Positions 19,825-29,376 of a stretch of 64,000 bases of DNA are shown here, in pieces. A model generated the notes under the pieces. It saw only the letters and a list, made by a program, of their open reading frames with translations. It made no database searches and had not been told where the DNA came from. Position 1 is the stretch's first letter; every line of letters begins with the position of its first letter. Source of the DNA: Candidatus Zixiibacteriota bacterium (GTDB lineage Bacteria; Zixibacteria; MSB-5A5; DG-27); contig JAUWHO010000035.1 in assembly GCA_030605835.1 (NCBI GenBank), positions 35,776-99,775 of the forward strand, given 5' to 3'. A program made the position numbers and the translations under genes.

Positions 19825-21027
19825 CTAACTTATTGCTCCGATGATGTCGAACATCGGCAGATACATGGCAATCAGGATGCCTCCCATGACCATCCCTAAA
19901 ATCACGATGATCACCGGCTCGATTATGGAGGTTATGGCGGCGACGGCGGCGTCTACCTCCTCGTCATAGAAATCCGCGATTTTGGCGAGCATCTCGTCCA
20001 GGCCGCCGGTTTTCTCCCCCACCGAGATCATCTGGGTGACCATCGGGGGGAATATCCCCGTCTCCTTCAGGGGGGTGGTGATGGTCTCCCCCCCGGCGAT
20101 GGAGATGGCGGCCTTCTGTATGGCTTGGTGCAAAACCAGGTTGCCGGCAGTTTTGGCGGTGATCTCTAAGGCCTCCAGAATCGGGACCCCACTGGAGATC
20201 AGGGTTCCCAGAGTACGACTGAAGCGGGAGATGGCGGTTTTGCGGACGAGACTGCCCAGAAGAGGCAGCCTCAGTTTAAGCCTGTCAACCAAAAGCCTCC
20301 CCGAAGGGTAGCGGACGAAGAACTTATACCCGATGGCCAACACCACCAAGGTGACTATCCCCAGGAGGAAGTTCGATTTGATAGCCTGAGAGATGGTAAG
20401 CACTACCTTGGTGGGCGCCGGAAGCTCAGCCCCCAGACCCGCAAACATCTTGGAGAAAATGGGAACTATAAAGGTCAGCATGGCAATGGTGGCCCCCAGG
20501 GCCACGAAGCTGACCACTGCTGGATAGGCCATGGCACCCTTCACCTTGCGCCTCAAACGCTCGGCTTTCTCGAGAAAGCTGGCCAGGCGGTTCAGAATCA
20601 CATCTAAGGCCCCACCGACCTCTCCAGCCTCCACCATGCTGACGTAAAGGTCGTCGAAGGTTCTCTTGTGTTTGGACAAACCCTCGGAAAGGCTATCCCC
20701 CCCCTGAACCGATTCCTTCACCGCGGCAATCACCTTACGAAATTCGGCGCTCTCCATCTGCTGGGAGAGAATCTCTAAACATTGCACCATGGGAAGTCCG
20801 GCACCGATCATGGTGGAGAACTGGCGAGTGAAACGGGAGATATGGACCTTTTTGATCCTCCCGAATCGCAGATCTATCTTTATCTCGGAGGGCTTCTGGG
20901 TCACCGAGGTGGTGAGGATTTTCTTCTTTCGCAGCTGGCGTATCAGCTCCTCCTTGCTTTTCGCCTTCATCTCCCCGGCGACTGCGGCCCCGCCGATCGA
21001 CTTTCCCTTGTATTCAAATATTGGCAC
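19825..21027 (-). CDS. pilC: Type IV pilus platform protein PilC (GspF family)
   Basis: FTRQFSTMIGAGLP, AGEVGGAL, AMAYP, GEKTGGLDEML, EPVII, AMYLPMF. Confidence 0.94.
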   Translation of the reverse strand: MPIFEYKGKSIGGAAVAGEMKAKSKEELIRQLRKKKILTTSVTQKPSEIKIDLRFGRIKKVHISRFTRQFSTMIGAGLPMVQCLEILSQQMESAEFRKVIAAVKESVQGGDSLSEGLSKHKRTFDDLYVSMVEAGEVGGALDVILNRLASFLEKAERLRRKVKGAMAYPAVVSFVALGATIAMLTFIVPIFSKMFAGLGAELPAPTKVVLTISQAIKSNFLLGIVTLVVLAIGYKFFVRYPSGRLLVDRLKLRLPLLGSLVRKTAISRFSRTLGTLISSGVPILEALEITAKTAGNLVLHQAIQKAAISIAGGETITTPLKETGIFPPMVTQMISVGEKTGGLDEMLAKIADFYDEEVDAAVAAITSIIEPVIIVILGMVMGGILIAMYLPMFDIIGAIS

Positions 21028-21051
21028 CTTCTGTCTCCAAAATTATCAAGG

Positions 21052-22140
21052 TTAAAAAGTTTTCAACAGACTCTTTGCTTGCGGCTGACGGCTTAGCAAG
21101 TCATTCAGCTCCCCGAGGTCGCTGGAGCGCGACATCGCCTCCTGAACCGTTGTTCTCCCGGCTTTGCACCGTTCCGCCAGCGACTGATTCATGGTCTTCA
21201 TCCCATATTTGGCACCGGCCTGGATGAGGCTGTAAATCTGATGCACCTTGTTGTCGCGAATCACGGCCCGGATGGCGGGAGTACAGATTAGAACTTCCAG
21301 CGCCAGAACTCTCCCGCCCCCAATTCTGGGTAGAAGCTGTTGACAGACCACCGCTTGCATACAGAACGAGAGCTGCGTCCGCACCTGCTGTTGGCGGTTG
21401 CTGGGAAAGACATCGATTATGCGGTTAATGCTCTCGGCGGCGGAGTTGGTGTGCAAGGTCCCGAAGACCAAGTGTCCGGTCTCGGAGATATTCAGGGCAG
21501 CCTCGATGGTTTCCAGATCCCGCATCTCCCCGATGAGGACGACATCGGGATCCTGGCGGAGCGCGTATTTCAGTGCGGAGGCAAAGGAGATTGTATCCGA
21601 GTGCACCTCTCGCTGATTGATCAGGCAGCTGCCATGAGAATGTAAGAACTCGATGGGATCCTCCACGGTGAGAATATGGAGGTGTTTCTCGCTGTTGATT
21701 CTGTCTACCAGTGCCGCCAGGGTGCTGGATTTGCCGCTGCCGGTGGTACCTGTGATCAACACCAAGCCCCGGGGCAATTTGGCCAGTTCGGCCACCGCAT
21801 CGGGCACTCCTAACTCTCGGAAACCCATGATCTTGAAGGGGATGAGACGTATGGCTGCGGAGACGTTGCCTCTCTGCATAAAAATGTTACAGCGGAAGCG
21901 GGCCAAACCCTCAATTCCGAACGACAAATCCAGCTCGCTATCCTGCTCGAATTTCTTCTTCTGCTTTTCGGTCATGATATTGTAAGCCAGCCGGCGAGTG
22001 TCCTCCGGAGACAGAGCTTCGGTGCCCTGGCACTGCAGTTGGCCGTCGAGGCGGAATTGCGGAGGGCTACCGACACTGAGGTGCAAATCGGAGGCCTTAC
22101 CCTTCACCATCTTCTGGAGAAGTTCCTGAAGCGAATACAT
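21052..22140 (-). CDS. pilT: Type IV pilus retraction ATPase PilT
   Basis: ASDLHL, GTTGSGKS, EDPIEF, LRQDPDVVLIGEMRD, TLHTN, AIRAVIRD. Confidence 0.94.
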   Translation of the reverse strand: MYSLQELLQKMVKGKASDLHLSVGSPPQFRLDGQLQCQGTEALSPEDTRRLAYNIMTEKQKKKFEQDSELDLSFGIEGLARFRCNIFMQRGNVSAAIRLIPFKIMGFRELGVPDAVAELAKLPRGLVLITGTTGSGKSSTLAALVDRINSEKHLHILTVEDPIEFLHSHGSCLINQREVHSDTISFASALKYALRQDPDVVLIGEMRDLETIEAALNISETGHLVFGTLHTNSAAESINRIIDVFPSNRQQQVRTQLSFCMQAVVCQQLLPRIGGGRVLALEVLICTPAIRAVIRDNKVHQIYSLIQAGAKYGMKTMNQSLAERCKAGRTTVQEAMSRSSDLGELNDLLSRQPQAKSLLKTF

Positions 22141-22215
22141 ACGCAAACCCCCATTTATGCCCCAGCAGCGAAATCGTACACAATCACTGGGGCGGTCTCG
22201 ATTCCTCTTCTGATA

Positions 22216-22242
22216 TTATCGACTGTGGAAACGCTTTCTTGA
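22216..22242 (-). promoter_or_regulatory. Sigma28 (FliA/WhiG)-like promoter upstream of pilT
   Basis: TCAA-15 nt-GTCGATAA vs consensus TAAA-N15-GCCGATAA. Confidence 0.5.
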
Positions 22243-22271
22243 AACAGAGACGCCCGCTACCACAGAGGGCG

Positions 22272-23966
22272 TTAGACCGTGGTTGCCGCCAGAACCTCCT
22301 CTATACTCGTAATTCCGTTGAAGAGCTTCTCCACCGCCGCCACCCTCAGGGTCATCATCCCCTCCTTTATGGCCTGTTCTCGGATTTCCTGCTCCGGAGC
22401 TCTGGCCACAATCATGCTCTCGATTCTGGAGGAGACGGGCATAACTTCAAATATCCCGGTTCGCCCGGAATAGCCGGATTTATTGCAGGTCGCGCATCCC
22501 CTCCCGCGGTAAATCCTTCTGCCTCGAAGATCCTCTTCCGCCAAGTCCAGGTGGCTGAGAAGCTCTTCGGGGTTTTCGACCTCCTCCTTGCAGCGAGTAC
22601 AGATTTTGCGCACCATCCTCTGCGCCATTATGAGCCTGGTTCCGGAGGCCACCAAGTATTCGGGAATTCCCATGTCCACCAAACGATTGATGGTGGAGGG
22701 GGCATCGTTGGTATGGAGGGTGGAGAAGACCAGATGCCCGGTCAAGGCCGCCCGGATGGCTATCTCGGCAGTCTCCAGATCTCGAATCTCACCCACCATG
22801 ATGATGTCGGGGTCCTGGCGCAGAAAGGAGCGCAGGGAGGCGGCAAAGGTCAAACCGATGCCACTTTTGACCAAGACCTGATTTATCCCCTCGAAATTGA
22901 ACTCTACCGGGTCTTCGGCGGTCATTATGTTGACGTTGGGAGTACTTATAGTCTTCAACGCAGAATACAGAGTAGTAGTCTTTCCGGAGCCAGTAGGCCC
23001 GGTGACCAGAATCATTCCGTAGGGGAGACTAATAGCCTTGGAGAAGCTTTTCAGTGCAACCTCCGGGAAGCCCAGCTTGGTCAAATCCACCATCAAGCTC
23101 TGGGGATCCAATATCCGCATCACAACCTTCTCCCCGAAGATGGTGGGCAGGACCGAGAGTCGCAGATCGATGGCCCGCCCCCTCAACTTCACCTTGATAC
23201 GACCGTCCTGAGGCAGTCTCCTCTCGGATATGTCCAATTCCGCCATGATCTTCACCCGCGAAACAATGGCGGCGCGGTATTTGAAGGGGATCTGGGAAAC
23301 TTCCACCAACTCTCCATCGATGCGGTAGCGAACCCGAATCTTCTTCTCATAGGTCTCGATATGGATGTCGGAGGCTCTCTTGTTGATGGCCTCCGAGAGG
23401 ATGGAGTCGACCAGCCTCACCAGAGGTTTATCCTCGATCATAGACTGCAGATCGACCTCGTCGGAGAGCTCCTGGTCGCTCTCAATGATCTCCAAGCCGT
23501 CCTCCCCCAGATCCTTTATGATTTCCTCCAAGTTCCCCTTATCCTGATAGAGCTCGTCAATCGCCTTTTGAATGGAGCTCTCCGAGCAGATGACGGGCTG
23601 AATGGTGTAACCGGTTATGAACTTCAGGGCGTCGAGCACATATATGTTTCGGGGGTCGGACAGGGCTACAATCAGGGTCTTCTTGATCTTGCCGATGGCA
23701 ATGACGTTGAATTTCTTGGCGATATCGAGGGGGATCAATTTGACGATTTCGGGATTTAGCTCGATGTCGGAGGGCTTGACGTAGGCGATATTCAGTTGTT
23801 TTCCGAGATACTCATAGACTGTATCCTCATCCGGGACCGCCCCCATTGTCACCAAGATTTGCCCCAGCTTCTCGTCGCTTTTGCGCTGGATCTTGAGGGC
23901 CTCTTCGAGCTGCTTCTCGGAGATGACCCCGGAGGATACTAAGAGCTGTCCTAATTTTGTGGCCAT
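22272..23966 (-). CDS. pilB: Type IV pilus assembly ATPase PilB
   Basis: N-terminal KLGQLLV (MshEN-like); ASDIHIE, PQDGRI, GPTGSGKTTTLY, LRQDPD, CxxC...CxxC, GRTGIFE. Confidence 0.95.
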   Translation of the reverse strand: MATKLGQLLVSSGVISEKQLEEALKIQRKSDEKLGQILVTMGAVPDEDTVYEYLGKQLNIAYVKPSDIELNPEIVKLIPLDIAKKFNVIAIGKIKKTLIVALSDPRNIYVLDALKFITGYTIQPVICSESSIQKAIDELYQDKGNLEEIIKDLGEDGLEIIESDQELSDEVDLQSMIEDKPLVRLVDSILSEAINKRASDIHIETYEKKIRVRYRIDGELVEVSQIPFKYRAAIVSRVKIMAELDISERRLPQDGRIKVKLRGRAIDLRLSVLPTIFGEKVVMRILDPQSLMVDLTKLGFPEVALKSFSKAISLPYGMILVTGPTGSGKTTTLYSALKTISTPNVNIMTAEDPVEFNFEGINQVLVKSGIGLTFAASLRSFLRQDPDIIMVGEIRDLETAEIAIRAALTGHLVFSTLHTNDAPSTINRLVDMGIPEYLVASGTRLIMAQRMVRKICTRCKEEVENPEELLSHLDLAEEDLRGRRIYRGRGCATCNKSGYSGRTGIFEVMPVSSRIESMIVARAPEQEIREQAIKEGMMTLRVAAVEKLFNGITSIEEVLAATTV

Positions 23967-24141
23967 AGTTTCAGAACGATCGTGGTACTACTCTCCCCCC
24001 TCCTAGATTCTATCTAGTCTGCGCCCGCGCCATCAAGAGGTTTACATGACTCGACCACCCAAAAACCCCATGGGGGAGATCAATCTGGCGAAATCCCCCC
24101 ACCTCGACATACCCCAAGGCGTCTCCGGGACTACGGTTATA

Positions 24142-24168
24142 AAATCGGCACCATCGAGCCCCCAATTA
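24142..24168 (-). promoter_or_regulatory. Sigma28-like promoter upstream of pilB
   Basis: TAAT-15 nt-GCCGATTT. Confidence 0.35.
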
Positions 24169-24256
24169 GTGAATCCGAAAACCTTTATGCTACATCGGAA
24201 AGCTGAGGTTTCAATCTATCGGTTTTTTCCCTCACGGAAATGCTCGGAAGACAGAC

Positions 24257-26650
24257 TTACCTCCCCCCGCAACCGCTGAGGAACGTTTCCACAATCAGGT
24301 TCTCTCCGCCCGTTTCCACCGTGATTGCACCACAATGCCTGCTCTTAAAAACGAGTGATCGCGGCACCGCTTCGAAAAGGGGGATTTTGATCCTGGGGGC
24401 TTCTTCAGCCTCCATCGACCGCCGGGGATAGGAAAAACCGCCACCGGTGAGAAGTAGCAGCTTGGCCCTGGACAGGGGGACAGCCCCCTGGAGAGTTTCT
24501 CTGATTTCTATTAAATCGATTCCCTCAAGAGGTCGTGAAGTCAACAGCTCGATGAGTTCATGTTCTTCGAGAGCTCCAGCCAAAAGAAACCTCGCCCCTC
24601 GATACTCCAATAAGTAAGCTAAGTGTTGAGACTCTTGAACCCCATTCTGGGAGAGAAGAACCGAGAGTTTGAGCCCGTCTGGAAAGAGAATCTCCAGAGA
24701 CCCTTCAACCTCTCGGTAGCCGCCATCCCTCAAAAGCTCTGCGCTGATGACACCGGATGCGCCCGGGACGGCCAAAATGTCTTTGACCTTTATCTCTTCC
24801 AGTACTGCCTGCATCCCCCCCGTGAGACCGGATTCGTGCCCGGAGATGAACAGGTAGTCAAGGGAGGCAAACCTCCCTTCGAGGAGGAAGGGGAGTATCA
24901 CCCGCTCGCCATAATCATAAGTTCTGGTTTTACCTCCGCAGTCGAATAGCAATCTTTTGCCGGAGGGGGTCTCCACGAAAACGGAACGGCCATAGCCGAC
25001 GTCTAAGGCTACGAGCCTTAAGTTTCCTTTTCCGGCCCCGAGAAGGTGGCTCCAGACTCCAAGATTGAGAAAGATCAAGGTCGAAAAGATGGTTAGTCTA
25101 CGCATCTTCGGGTTTCCCCTCCAGCTTGGAATCGCCCATAGAATGAGAAAGAAGAAGATTATGGAGAGAAGCGAAGGGGTAACGATTCTCGGATTGGCAA
25201 AAGGGAGATGGCCGAAAAAGTTGACCGTGGATATGGTGAACAACAGAACTAACTCTAAAGGGAACGCTATTATACTTGCTGCAAATGAACTCAGAATGCT
25301 CACCAGCGAGAGAATCACGCCTCCGTAAACCGCCACCATCACCAGGGCAATAACCGGCAGGTTGGCGATAAACGAGACCAGTGGGAAGTTGTTGAAGTGG
25401 TAGGCGATGATGGGCGCGGTGGCAAGCTGTGCCGCCAGTGTTATCAAAAAGATGGAATAACAATATATCCAGACTTTCCGAGGCCACCTTTTCCGCTTGG
25501 GAGAGGGGATAGACACTTTCGTCAATAGATAAGCGATCCCGGTGGTGGCCGCAAAGGATAGCTGAAAGCCGATATCGTAAAGCCATAGAGGATTGACCAT
25601 CAGGATGACCAGGGCGGTGAAGGCGATGATGTTTAAGAGATCCAGATCTCTGGTGAAAACGTATGCCAGGATGACCAGAGTAGCCATGATCGTGGCTCTC
25701 ACCACCGAGGGCTCATTCCGGGTGATGAAGCAGAAGATTATTATCAAGGGGACAATGAGAATCAAACTGATGCTTTTGCGGAGGCGGAGGAGTTTCCCGA
25801 AGATGAAAAGGAACAGAATCAGCACCAAGCCGACGTTCGAGCCGGAAACTGCTAGGAGATGCAACGTCCCGGTCTTTCTGAACATCTCGTAGATCTCCTT
25901 CGGGATATCCCGTCTCTCGCCGAGGATGAACCCCGCCAGAAGCGCCCTGGTCTCCGGGGAGGGGAGGTGGGAGTAAGTCTCCATCAACTTCCCCCTCAGG
26001 GGAATTATAATTTTGGAGATAAAGGGACTGCCGCCACCGGGAGATAGAATCTCAACATCCTCAGGGAATTTGACACTCATCGTGGCGAAGATCTCTTTTC
26101 TGGCTAAATAATCACGATAGTCGAAGCCCCCGGGATTTCGGGAGGAGAAGGGGATGTTCAGATAACCACGATAGCGGATTAAATCACCATAATCGAACCT
26201 GAAAGTCGGCTTTCTGATTCTCAGGCGGATTTTACCGGAGGTCTCCAGCCAGCCGACTCCGGCATCGATTCTGTCGACACTAACGCTCAGATAGGTTTTG
26301 GTGTCGCGCACGTCCGGCTGCAAAGATATCCGCCCTTCAATGGTGACTCTTCGGTTCAGGCCGGCGAAGTTCTTTATATGATTGGAGGGGAACTCCCGGG
26401 TCTTGATTTCGTAACGCAAGAGCCCTCCCACTACGATTATCAAAGGGATGAGGATTTTCAGGGATAGGGATTTATCCCTTAGATAAAGGAGTACGGCAAT
26501 GAATAGTGAGAGGACGAGAAGAACCCAGCACAGGAAGATGGAGGGATTTGAGTAATTCCCGAGGAGAATCCCAAGCAGGAGAAAAACTAAGACATATAAG
26601 GCCGGTCGCCGGGGGAAGGTCTGAGGTAGTGACGTTACAGATTCGCACAT
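24257..26650 (-). CDS. comEC: Competence protein ComEC/Rec2 with degenerate C-terminal MBL domain
   Basis: DUF4131 region (RNPGGFDYRDYL); Competence domain GTLHLLAVSGSNV, PSVVRATIM, GFQLSFAA; start placed at ATG 26650 (approximate). Confidence 0.9.
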   Translation of the reverse strand: MCESVTSLPQTFPRRPALYVLVFLLLGILLGNYSNPSIFLCWVLLVLSLFIAVLLYLRDKSLSLKILIPLIIVVGGLLRYEIKTREFPSNHIKNFAGLNRRVTIEGRISLQPDVRDTKTYLSVSVDRIDAGVGWLETSGKIRLRIRKPTFRFDYGDLIRYRGYLNIPFSSRNPGGFDYRDYLARKEIFATMSVKFPEDVEILSPGGGSPFISKIIIPLRGKLMETYSHLPSPETRALLAGFILGERRDIPKEIYEMFRKTGTLHLLAVSGSNVGLVLILFLFIFGKLLRLRKSISLILIVPLIIIFCFITRNEPSVVRATIMATLVILAYVFTRDLDLLNIIAFTALVILMVNPLWLYDIGFQLSFAATTGIAYLLTKVSIPSPKRKRWPRKVWIYCYSIFLITLAAQLATAPIIAYHFNNFPLVSFIANLPVIALVMVAVYGGVILSLVSILSSFAASIIAFPLELVLLFTISTVNFFGHLPFANPRIVTPSLLSIIFFFLILWAIPSWRGNPKMRRLTIFSTLIFLNLGVWSHLLGAGKGNLRLVALDVGYGRSVFVETPSGKRLLFDCGGKTRTYDYGERVILPFLLEGRFASLDYLFISGHESGLTGGMQAVLEEIKVKDILAVPGASGVISAELLRDGGYREVEGSLEILFPDGLKLSVLLSQNGVQESQHLAYLLEYRGARFLLAGALEEHELIELLTSRPLEGIDLIEIRETLQGAVPLSRAKLLLLTGGGFSYPRRSMEAEEAPRIKIPLFEAVPRSLVFKSRHCGAITVETGGENLIVETFLSGCGGR

Positions 26651-26854
26651 AAACACTGCTGGTCGTTGCCCCAAATATACAGAATTATGTTCTGAATAAG
26701 GAATAGAAATGTAGAGCCAATTACCTCTTGAAGGCCACTGTTGACAATGCGATCTAGGAACTGTAACATCTAAAAGGTGCAGGAAAGCTACCGCCGAGAA
26801 CAACAGGTAAAGGAGGAACTCCTGACGACGCAGAAAGAGAGAATTAAAAACGGC

Positions 26855-26942
26855 AACTGACAGCGTATTTGCGGTTCGCACCGCTCCCCCTGATATCTTT
26901 TCCCCTCTGGCGCAAACTTCAGATACGCGCCAACTGTTGGGC
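26855..26942 (+). mobile_element. Solitary integron attC-like recombination site (degenerate)
   Basis: R''-like AACTGAC, imperfect 20-bp inverted repeat GCGTATTTGCGGTTCGCACC / GGCGCAAACTTCAGATACGC, R' GTTGGGC (GTTRRRY); a short ORF stops inside R'' and a gene with RBS starts ~40 nt after R'. Confidence 0.6.
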
Positions 26943-26983
26943 AAGATTGGCGAATCAGAGATAAACTAAAGAGGAGGTTACAA

Positions 26984-27997
26984 TTGAGAATCGATCCCAA
27001 AATTGAGTCTATTCTGGATAAGACCCTGTCAGGAGAAGAGATCTGTCGTGAGGAAGCAGTGGAACTGATGAAGGCTGATAAAAACTCGCACGATATGTAT
27101 GCTCTCATGTCAGTGGCAAACGCATTGACCAGACAGCAATTCGGTGATAGGGGCGAAGTATACGCTCAAGTGGGCATAAACCTGTGGCCGTGTCCCAAGA
27201 GCTGCGCTTTCTGTTCCTTTGGCGAGAAATGGAATATGATCAAGTCACCCACAGAGTTCGGCCTTGAGGAGGTTGTTCTCAGGGCGAAGGCATTCGAAGA
27301 TGCCGGGGCAAATGCCATCTTCTTGATGACTACCGCAGACTATCCGCTTGACCGTTACCTCGAGATTGCAAAAGCTGTGCGGAAAGCCATTTCGCCAGAC
27401 ATGCCAATGGTTGCCAATATAGGAGATTTCGGGCCGCAGCAGGCCAAGGAGTTACTGAACGCAGGATTCCAGGCTGTCTACCATGTGTTTCGGTTGCGTG
27501 AAGGTAAGGATACCGAAATAGACCCTGGGGCTAGACTGCGGACTCTCAAAGCCACAAGAGATTGTGATCTTGACCTCGGATACTGCGTCGAACCCATCGG
27601 GCCAGAACATTCTCCGGAAGAACTGGTTGAGGAGATGTTTCGGGGAAAAGAATACGGTGCCATTAATCACGCATCTATGTGGCGAGTTCCCGTTTCCGGA
27701 GTTCCCCTTGCAAAATTCGGGAACATATCTCAGTGGAGCTTAGCTAAGGTGGTCGCCGTTACAAGAATAGTTGCTGGGGACTCCATAAGAGCCATGGGTG
27801 TTCATGAAGCAAGGATACTGCCCTTGCGAACAGGGGCGAATCAGATTTACGCTGAAACGGGCCCCAATCCCAGGGATACGATTGAGGATACTTCAAAAGG
27901 GATAGGTTTCTCTGTAGAGGCCTGTAAAAACTTGTTGAGGGAAGCAGGCTACACCCCTCTGGAGGGCCCCACCAGAGTATTTCAAGGGCGTTTTTGA
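26984..27997 (+). CDS. Radical SAM protein, biotin-synthase-like fold but not canonical BioB
   Basis: CPKSCAFC (CxxxCxxC); GGAGG RBS before TTG; C-terminal GANQ; lacks the BioB YNHNLET motif. Confidence 0.85.
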   Translation: MRIDPKIESILDKTLSGEEICREEAVELMKADKNSHDMYALMSVANALTRQQFGDRGEVYAQVGINLWPCPKSCAFCSFGEKWNMIKSPTEFGLEEVVLRAKAFEDAGANAIFLMTTADYPLDRYLEIAKAVRKAISPDMPMVANIGDFGPQQAKELLNAGFQAVYHVFRLREGKDTEIDPGARLRTLKATRDCDLDLGYCVEPIGPEHSPEELVEEMFRGKEYGAINHASMWRVPVSGVPLAKFGNISQWSLAKVVAVTRIVAGDSIRAMGVHEARILPLRTGANQIYAETGPNPRDTIEDTSKGIGFSVEACKNLLREAGYTPLEGPTRVFQGRF

Positions 27998-28477
27998 ACT
28001 GGCAGCTTTATCTTGACGTAGAATCATTCTGTAACTCTCGATAGTATCACGCTGACGATTCAACACGTCAATTTCCAGCGGCGGTGGGGCCAGAACCATA
28101 AGACTATATTCCCCTTGACAATTATCTGTTAAAGCAGTATTAGTTGTAACAAGGCGAGTAAAAATACTTTTCAAACAGAAAAAAATGCGACTCAGGGTGC
28201 ACAAAGAAAGTGGACGGTGTGAGGACCGTGGAATGCGTCAGATAAGAAGTGCTTTGCGGTTTGCATGTTCGGGATTCTACGTACGGAAGCGTAAGTACAT
28301 CCCACTCAGCCTCTTAGCATTCTAACCTTCTGGCATCCAATAGAGAAAGGAAGCCACCTGACGACGTTCACACTGAGGCACATACGTGTCGTGCAGAGCG
28401 GGAATGCAGCCAAATGTCTAGGGCTTGACCAGGTCGAGTGAACATACAGAGAGCTGCGTAGTCTAGGAGGAAGCAAT

Positions 28478-29062
28478 ATGCTGTCAATTAATTCGACGAG
28501 ACTAGACATGAAGTCTGTAGATGTTTCTGTCCGATTCGAGTCACTTCTTTGCGCCGTGCTAAGCGCGCGCATGTGGAATACTCATGGGCCGGTGCGGGAA
28601 AAGGACTGGAAGGGAATTCTCAAACGGCTGGTATCCGCCATCGAGAAGTCTATTCAGAGGACTGTGACCACTGATGGATTTCACAGATCCCAACTAGATC
28701 GGTATCTTGGCAATTTAAAGGAGGCCTCGAAGTCTAAGCAGGTCGCGGACATCGAGGTAATTCACGCTCTTGTGGGAATAGTGTTCGAACTGCTAGGTGG
28801 TGTTCCGAATTACAGCCGCAGGAGGGTAATCAACAGGCAAGATGATTACGTGTTGACGAAGCTCCGAACTCTCCATTACTCTCAATGGCCTTGGCAGAAA
28901 GTCAACACTATTCTGGGAGCGGCCAACCGTCTGCCCTTTTCTAACTACCATAAATACGATGACCTTTTCTACACTTATGTACGCAACTACAATGGAGATG
29001 CAGAAGGTTTCATCAATTGGTACAAGAAGGAATATCCAGATGCATACTTGGAGATGTTCTGA
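28478..29062 (+). CDS. Hypothetical protein (islet cargo)
   Basis: 194-aa ORF with AGGAGG RBS; no motif recognised. Confidence 0.7.
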   Translation: MLSINSTRLDMKSVDVSVRFESLLCAVLSARMWNTHGPVREKDWKGILKRLVSAIEKSIQRTVTTDGFHRSQLDRYLGNLKEASKSKQVADIEVIHALVGIVFELLGGVPNYSRRRVINRQDDYVLTKLRTLHYSQWPWQKVNTILGAANRLPFSNYHKYDDLFYTYVRNYNGDAEGFINWYKKEYPDAYLEMF

Positions 29063-29178
29063 TATCACCTTTCTGCGGAGATCAAGCAGTATTTGCACTA
29101 CATGGTTTGGTGTTTTGGGTAAGCCACGTAAGCTTAGGGCACAGTGCTTAGTGAACTGATAGGACCATAGGAGGTAAC

Positions 29179-29376
29179 ATGAAAATCCCTGCAACGTGCC
29201 AGCAATGCAAGAAAACGTTTGAGTTCGAAACACAACGAACCCCACAGCTTTTGCTGGAGGAGGTGCAAAATAAGCCCAAAGACAAATTTGTCGTGGCTTG
29301 CCCGCACTGCGGGGCTGAAAATGTTGTGGAGATTGACCGTCGAGGCACAGATGCAAACACAGACGAAACGTCTTGA
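29179..29376 (+). CDS. Small zinc-ribbon protein
   Basis: AGGAGG RBS; CQQC...CPHCG. Confidence 0.7.
   Translation: MKIPATCQQCKKTFEFETQRTPQLLLEEVQNKPKDKFVVACPHCGAENVVEIDRRGTDANTDETS

Noticed and set aside
22239-23759. 506-aa ORF on the plus strand
   Set aside because: Antisense shadow of pilB with no motif of its own; expected from codon bias. The same applies to the many shorter antisense or alternate-frame ORFs inside guaB, dnaE, icmA, leuB and others.
26651-26944. N-terminal extension of ComEC in the ORF track
   Set aside because: It runs through the attC-like site and a divergent promoter; ComEC-like sequence begins only near 26650-26610.
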